The position numbers and the translations under genes were made by a program. Of a stretch of 64,000 nt of DNA, positions 56,348 through 64,000 are shown one piece after another. Location: contig NW_002060947.1 in NCBI RefSeq assembly GCF_000150275.1, positions 8,464,043 to 8,528,042 on the forward strand, in the 5' to 3' direction. The notes under the pieces are model-generated. The model saw nothing but the letters and a program-made list of their open reading frames with translations, was not told the origin of the DNA and searched no databases. The DNA is from Trichoplax adhaerens (Eukaryota; Animalia; Placozoa). Positions within the stretch are counted from its first letter, which is position 1. Every line of letters begins with the position of its first letter.

Positions 56348-58348
56348 ATATTGCAGCTCCAAAATATGACTAACATTAAGGCTCAGAATATGCAAGAATA
56401 CTTAAACTAGCGTGTTAGATTTTAAGGTTGTGTAAGTGGCTATTTTTAGGAATATAGTAGGTTTGTAACAATTCTATTGAGATGCTTATAATAAGATTCC
56501 TAAACATAACTAGATTGCTCTAAGTATGTGAGGAGTGTGAGATATTTATTGTGATGCGTTAATTAGAAGTGTGAATAGATTGAGCGATCGTAAAGTTAGA
56601 AGCGATCTCGCAACTTAATTGGTAAGCTATGATTGAGTCGCTAAAAATCATTCTATTACTTTATGTATAAATTAATAAATGTTGCTATAATGATTTTAGC
56701 TAATTACAGTAGTTTTGAATTAGGAAATACAGTGATAGCATGTAGTATAGCACTATATATCTTAGTAAAGAAATTGTTGATCGTGGCTAGTATGATGAAA
56801 CTTTTCTCATGTTATGTCTTCTCTAAGGCCGTAGCTGATAGCCATATTAAGTATTACTATTAGGCAATGCACTAGAGCTATTAATGACTTCTATGTGGAC
56901 GTGTATTGAATTTTAATTTGTACTAGTATAAATTCACGTCGCTTTGCTGACGGTTTACGTTAACTCACCCATTTGTTAATAATTAACAGACAGTATTATC
57001 ATTCGACATTATATATATATTACGTAATAATGATCATAGCTAATCTTACAGCTTCTAATTCGTTATATGGAGTCAATCAAAGATAAATTAAAATGTAGAG
57101 CAGTGGAAGTTAACAAGATTATAGAATAATATACAGGCTTTTAAGATTTTTCTAATTTACACGAGTGCTTACTCATATCAATAACGGCTAACTGAGGGAT
57201 ACAATACCACATGGTTTTATAAGGTTTTCTTAATTATGGCAGTTGTTACTCGTATTAGTAATGGTTAACATGAAGATTGAATATTTCATAATTTAAAAAT
57301 TTTGTTCTAATTGCGCTAGTGCTTACTTGTAGGAATATCAGCTATCATGGAATAAAAGCTTCATAATTGTATAAGAATGTTTTAATTATGCTTGTGCTCA
57401 CTCATATCAAAATTGGCTTACATGGTTACCATAACGTGAGCGACTTTTTAGGATTAGACTACGTCTGAAATTTACAGCATATGCTATAACATCAGTCCCC
57501 TGTAATTAATATCAAATAGTTAGAAAAATATAATTCTATTCTGTTCCCTACGGTAATCAAAGGTATCGAGGCGTTTCTCTGTTCTATTTATTTAGCTACA
57601 TTAAATGTCCAATAATTATAATAATTAATTATACATCATATTCCTTGCAACTATTAATAGTAACACTTATGCCGTTGCAATGGCTTTCAATCTCAATACG
57701 AAAGATGCTATAGCTATATATATAGACTACCAAGAGCCAGTTAAGTGATTTTTTTGAAGACCTTAGATTGGCAACTTACCTCAAGTACACTACAGTAAGT
57801 AACATGCTTATATAGAAGAGAAATAGCAATTTTTCTAATATTATCAGGATAATTATCTTTATCGAAACATGGTCTATCCAATTACAGAAAGAGATATTAA
57901 CTTAGAATTATTAAATAGTAGTTAACTTCAGTTTCAGCAAAGCATGATCTAGCACTCTCGATTGCGGGAGCACAGCCCCAAATTAGTCTAGAAAAAATAA
58001 TAATATTGTATGGAAATAGTCGAACGTCGATTGTGAGATTTTAATATTAGTAGACGACGGAGTAATAGTCGTATGTTGAAGGAACCAAGTTTAGGTAATA
58101 AAATAAAGTTTCAAAAGAAACAATAATTCTTGTTTAACATTTTGAAGACACTTTGTCACGATAGCATAGAATTATACGTATGCACTATAGTTAATTTTTC
58201 TTCTATCCTTAAAATATATGAAAAAAGTGAGAATGCAGAGAAATTGCAGTCTGACGCGCAACCTTACGCTTAAGCCTTAATTAGAGGTGATAAACTCCAA
58301 TTGTAACTAATTTATGTCATTCGATTTTACGCCAGAGTGCCATAAAAA

Positions 58349-58390
58349 ATGGCTACTCCTGCTCAACCACAATACGTCCAACAACCAAAA
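58349..58390 (+). CDS. Possible first coding exon of an unidentified gene (MATPAQPQYVQQPK)
   Basis: AAAA-ATG-G start context, P/Q-rich peptide, followed by gtaatt donor; no downstream exon recognised. Confidence 0.35.
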
Positions 58391-60869
58391 GTAATTACGT
58401 ATTTTATCAATTCTATTTTAAACTTCATATTGACTTTAACGTTAGTACCATCCACTCACGGGCAATCTTTAATGCTTATTAATATTATGAGTCAGTTAAT
58501 AATAGGCTTTCACCTAATACTTAATAGAAGTTTGTAGTTTTCTAAAGTTATTCTAATTTTGTTTCTAGCTATTATATGACCTGGTTAATTCATTAATAGA
58601 GAGAATTAATCTCGATCGCAGATAAGCTATGCAACATCTCATACTGTATATATATAGTCCAAGGCGATTTGATAGTTATAAACGCTTACTGGTTTGCAAT
58701 GATTCGATTTTGAATATGTTACAGAAATTGGAATGAATTCAAGCTAGTACAGCTTGTTACCCATACGGTACTACCTGAAATTACTTTAACTTAACCTAAT
58801 ACTATCTGTACCAAATTCTGTTTAATCAATCCGAATTGATTACGCAAAATGTATATTGATAAAATGATTTGACTTCAGTATGAAGGAGAAATATTTATAC
58901 TACTTGAACCTTAACTTAAACCGATTTCATCCATTACCATACCTAAACAATCAATGTAATTGCATGGTTAAAAAAAGGATTAGTAGATTAAAATAATTTA
59001 AATCCGCTTTGATTTGCTTCAATTCATTGTAACTAATTCTGTCTATGCCAAGTTTATACAATTGAGCCTACAGTAATTTGATAGTTAAAAATGCTGGATC
59101 AAATGTGCAGTAATACATGGCATTTATAGTAGTTCATGAATTAAGCAGTTCACTACTCATCTAGCTATACTGTTGCCAATTGTACTGACTATTTTACTAG
59201 TAGTAACGAAGAGTAGATAAATAGTGCTAGTTCTGATCTAAATGATTCTTTTTCTTGATATTAATCTATAGTCCCTTGGCGATTGATACGAAAGTAAATG
59301 GATCATAGGCGAATGTCTATTTCAAAGGATCTAGTATAGCTCCAGCAGCTGACTTAGTAATTAATCTGGCGGAGAAGTTGGAATTTTGTTCTTTAAGTGC
59401 TGTAGTCTCTGGCTATGCTTGATAGACATTAGAGCAGCTAATTTTATGTGATAAAAATTATCCTATTGAATATATTACTAGCAGTGATAAATTGAAATCA
59501 TGGCTGATAGAGACTACAAAAAACGGATAGAGAATATGTAAGTTGCAGATCAATTTCCAATAAAAACGAGCCTAAACGGTATTCTATTGATGATCCGATA
59601 TTAGTAGACATGAAATCAGGAAAGGCTCAGGAAATTACTATTTAACCCAATAGCAAACTATGGTTCCGTCTATCGTAGTCCAATATACATCAGTAGAATT
59701 ACTGTAACATGACAGTCGAATTTATAGAAAATAGATGGAAAACTAATTCATCCGGAAACGATCAATTAAAATGTTATTACAATCCATAAGTAATTCTCAG
59801 TAAAGCAATTATGTTTTTATCTATTGCCGATAACTAAAAAGGTTTGGTAGACGGTATTTTGGAATATATAACAAGCAAAAGTACTTTCAGGTTTAAAGAA
59901 ATTCAAATTTTCTTCACGATAGCATGCTGAAAGGTTTATATTAACGGTCATTTGTGATGCATTGTTGTTTAGAGATCTTATGAAACCTATAAGGAGATAA
60001 AGAAGTAAATCAGAAAAAATTATTCGATATAGTAGCTAGTTATGAAACAGGATAAAATCCTGGTACTAAATAGTAAGGGTATACTCGTAAACTGCATTTG
60101 ACTTATCGGCTTGATACCTATTTAACTGGAGTAGGGTATCACCGACCAGATGAAATGCGACATAGAAGTTGTGACATGAAGAAGTAAGTATATTACGTAT
60201 TATAAGTTTAGCTTGCTTTTATAGATTTTTTAGTATCGTTTAGCGCTTCATGGACTTTCAGCGGAAAACCTTAGTTTAATATATTAGTCTAACATCTAAT
60301 CAGCGAGAGTTGCTATCTGCTAATGTAAAAGGTATAAGTATAGTACGCAAAGTAAAACGAGAAAGGGATCGACTAGTCAAAATTATCGTATAAATTCTAC
60401 GCGTACGTAAGATTTTCAATAGCATATTATAACGTAACTTAGTTTAGATTGTGAATTATTAGCCGCAATGAGCGATAGTGCAGCTTTTTATATTTCTCTT
60501 CAGGCGTATTTAGTAGCTCATAGCTATAAACAGGATTGAAGATTTTATGTTAGAGTACAAATGACCATATCTAGCAGGGAGTTGAGTCATTAATTTTTGA
60601 CGCTAGAGGTGAAAAATAGATACGTAACTCATACATTAGGATATGCTTAGTTCATCGTATTTTGACTAGTAGAAATAATGTCTACCTAAATACTAAGTGA
60701 TCATTGTACCGGATTACATAAACAGTTCGTTTTAAAATACTGTTACTACTAAGAATTTATACATCTGAATATATGTAAAGCTAGCCGGTGTTAACCTAGC
60801 TTAGCCATGCTTTTCTACATGCACACAACACGCGTAGTCGAGCGTTATCTCCCAAAATTTTAAGGTAGT

Positions 60870-61264
60870 TGTAATAAATCCCACTTGTGATTTGGTTGTG
60901 CCAGGTGCTATAGTAATTGTGTATGTCTTCCATTAACTTGGGAGTTTTCTTCTAAGGGAAAACTAACTCTTTCCTCACAGTCACACAACTACTCAGGTTT
61001 CTTTCAAACCACTAGCACTTTTTATTCACCAGTCATCTGATTTCTAGTCTCTACTAGTTTGTCCTAGACTGGAGCGACTACTGCTAGCGAATGGCAATTC
61101 GCTTAGTCTTCTATACCATCCCCGCTCATTTGTGGGGCATACTAGTAAATTGCTCCTTCCACGAATTGTATACGTTACTATAGTTGTCTACCGAAATGGT
61201 AAACAACCGGGTTAATTAATTATTATTACCTAATTTATAATTTATGGAGCTACACTTCGTAACA
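60870..61264. mobile_element. Solo-LTR-like element (395 bp)
   Basis: tgtaat...gtaaca termini; TSD GTAGT at 60865-60869 and 61265-61269. Confidence 0.75.
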
Positions 61265-61915
61265 GTAGTGTACGAACTTTAATTTTTCGCATAAAACGTT
61301 TAATGCCCACTAATTGAATATAGAAATTTCTATAAGTAATTTAGTATGCGGTATTGTATATTCGATTGCAATAAATTTGGGCAACATCAGGCACTGGATA
61401 TGATATTTCTGGCTAACCTCTAGACACGCCCAAAATTCGCACTTTATGATTCAATTACCTTAAGATTAGTTAAATCGGTGAGTTTTAAATTTAAGCCCAT
61501 GAGGACCATCTACGCTTAATGATGATTCCAGAAGTATGCATAGTTTCCCCTCTCACTCTCCGTTTGGCCGTGATGGTATTATAAAAAATTCGGCTTCTAC
61601 TTCATTGAAGTTGCCAACTCTACGAAAAGTATGTAAGCAGGCAACTTTTTAGATTAATCAGTAGTTTTTCCACAGGTCTTTCTAGCAGTTGTATTCAGCT
61701 AGAGTAGAGCTTTGTACAGATTCTCTCTGTATCTAGATCGAACAAGGTTCTAATTATTTATCAATTTTGGAATTCCACAATCAGTTAAATCACGCATAGA
61801 AATGATGATATAGCACAATACCGTATTACTTCTATCCGTTTTTATATCGTGTTTTCATACCACTACGTTGCGGTTAATTTTAGAAATTGAAAATAAAGCC
61901 TTCATATTGTCTTAA

Positions 61916-63832
61916 TTTATTAAAACTTTTGATAGAATTAAGACAATTTTGAACGTAAACACTGATATCTAGGATAGCCTGTACCAACAATGTTTCGCTA
62001 CATTCACTATTCGAACGCGATACTATAGATGCTATTTCAAAATCATTCAGATGCTTCAGATGCTTGCTATTACTTTATAACAAAATAGAGAGCTGACGAT
62101 ATCAACATTCTAGAGTAAATTGGTTACAGTATATTTAAAAACCATTTAGATGTATTGTTCTGTTTTATAACAAAATGAAGAGTTGGCGAAATCAACATTC
62201 AATAGTAATTGATATACTGTATTCTAAACAATTCATACCCAAATTTTTATTTTATAACAAAATAGAGAACTGGCTACATCAACATTTAAAAGTACGGTAG
62301 TCAGCATCTCTATGCTCAAAATAAATAAGCAAACCAATAAAATTGAGAACGTATTACAGGCGCTTAATCACTCATTCGATCATTTATTCTGTGCATTCTT
62401 ATAAAAAATGTAGAATGTAATCTTGTCTAATGGTCTACAGCGGTCGCTTAGATATTACCCAAATAAATTAAGTGATATTGATTTTTTGATACCAAAAACA
62501 AGACCTTTTCCAATATTGAGTACTATTCATGAATTACTTTAGGAAAATCAGTCAAGCTAGTAAACAGAAGATGAATTATAATTAACCAAGAAACATTAAT
62601 CAACCTATTAAGTAGAAAATGAAATATAGCGATCATAGGAAGAAATAGGATACGATGGAACATAAACATTATCAAATGAAAAAGATTTATATCAATTTTA
62701 CAGCTGGGCAAGACAGTATCTATAGACATTATAGATAACATTCAGAACTGATCAATTTACAAATGACAATAAGAATATTGATTATCAGCTCAACACATAA
62801 TGATATAAGTTCAAAGATAACCGCTACTACAGCACTCTATAATAAAATTTAAGATCAAACTAAGTTAGATCACATTTATTATGCAGAAATTATGATCGGT
62901 TAGTAACTGGCCAATTTTTCATCTTACTTTTGTTCTAGCATTTTAAGAATAAAATAATTTATACAATGCACTTATTTAAGGCGGAGTAACAGATTTATTG
63001 AGGAATATGAGAACAAGCAAACTACATATGCGGGCATGTGCGGGCTTTATCTTACTCAAATCTGATAAAGTAGATAACCAGAGGATCAATAGCATGGGTG
63101 GAGATTAAAGGAAGGTTTATATCTATCATCGTTGACGTGAGTAAATGTAAATAACTTTCCATTTTACATCTGATAAATTATTCAGTTAAGCATCTGATAC
63201 ATAGACATAATGTAATAAATATCACTAATTCAGACACAATCGATAGACTACAGGATGTACGCCATCACCAAGAAAAATTTTAATTACAAATAAATTATTT
63301 TTACTCAAACTCTATTCAAATCGACCTGATGCAGTAAGAAAGCTCCTTACAAGCTAAAGTTTAAGTAAAATATTCTTACAGTAACATATAACTTTAATTT
63401 TAGAACTGTAAATAACCATAATCCNNNNNNNNNNNNNNNNNNNNNNNNNNNNNNNNNNNNNNNNNNNNNNNNNNTTATTAAACTTTTGATAGAATTAAGA
63501 CAATTTTGAACGTAAACACTGATGTCTAGGATAGCCTGTACCAATAATGTTTCGCTACATTCACTATTCGAACGCGATACTATAGATGCTATTTCAAAAT
63601 CATTCAGATGCTTCAGATGCTTGCTATTACTTTATAACAAAATAGAGAGCTGACGATATCAACATTCTAGAGTAAATTGGTTACAGTATATTTAAAAACC
63701 ATTTAGATGTATTGTTCTGTTTTATAACAAAACGAAGAGTTGGCGAAATCATCATTCAATAGTAATTGATAGACTGTATTCTAAACAATTCATACCTAAA
63801 TTTTTATTTTATAACAAAATGGAGAACTGGCT
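61916..63832. repeat. Near-identical ~357-bp direct duplication (61916-62275 and 63475-63832), each containing three ~88-bp subrepeats
   Basis: Second copy starts immediately after the N gap; subrepeat core ttttataacaaaat.gag...tg.cga.atcaacatt. Confidence 0.85.
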
Positions 63833-64000
63833 TGTCACAACCCTCACTTGTGGCAAAGAAAAGTAAAGAACTCTAGTGTAGTTACTTAAAACTTGGGCTA
63901 TTTCTCCCAGTACTTTCAGTTTCTATGAGAGAAGTATTTGAGAACTCGATTTCTCGGCTGATCTCCACAGACAACTGACTAATTATTACACTATTCTTCA
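63833..64000. mobile_element. Left end of an LTR-like insertion running out of the window
   Basis: Similarity to the 61916-62275 copy stops at gagaactggct, then tgtcacaaccctcacttgtg begins, resembling the start of the 60870 element (tgtaataaatcccacttgtg). Confidence 0.55.

Noticed and set aside
62523-62741. 72-aa hydrophobic ORF with weak TM3/TM4 GPCR-like words (LSIMSID, VSWLII)
   Set aside because: Too little ordered similarity to support a pseudogene call without a search

Overview
AT-rich, intron-containing eukaryotic (animal) DNA with two assembly gaps (54026-54095, 63425-63474). Gene style suggests an early-branching metazoan such as a placozoan (inference). Hand-built spliced genes: a 6-exon myophilin/transgelin-like gene (minus) and the first two exons of a tandem paralogue; a 16-exon CNBD2-like cyclic-nucleotide-binding-domain gene (plus, 5' end unresolved); a 7-exon ecto-5'-nucleotidase (NT5E/CD73-like, minus); and a 6-exon alpha-arrestin (plus). 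There is also a single-exon rhodopsin-class GPCR with a pseudogenised paralogue. The most unusual non-coding structures are: (i) a 'hollow' tandem duplicate of the NT5E locus that keeps both flanks and the last ~9 codons but lacks the gene body; (ii) at least six TG...CA solo-LTR-like insertions with 5-bp target-site duplications, most ending in a stem-loop; (iii) a degenerate five-unit ~310-bp array upstream of the myophilin gene. No CRISPR array, rRNA or tRNA was recognised.
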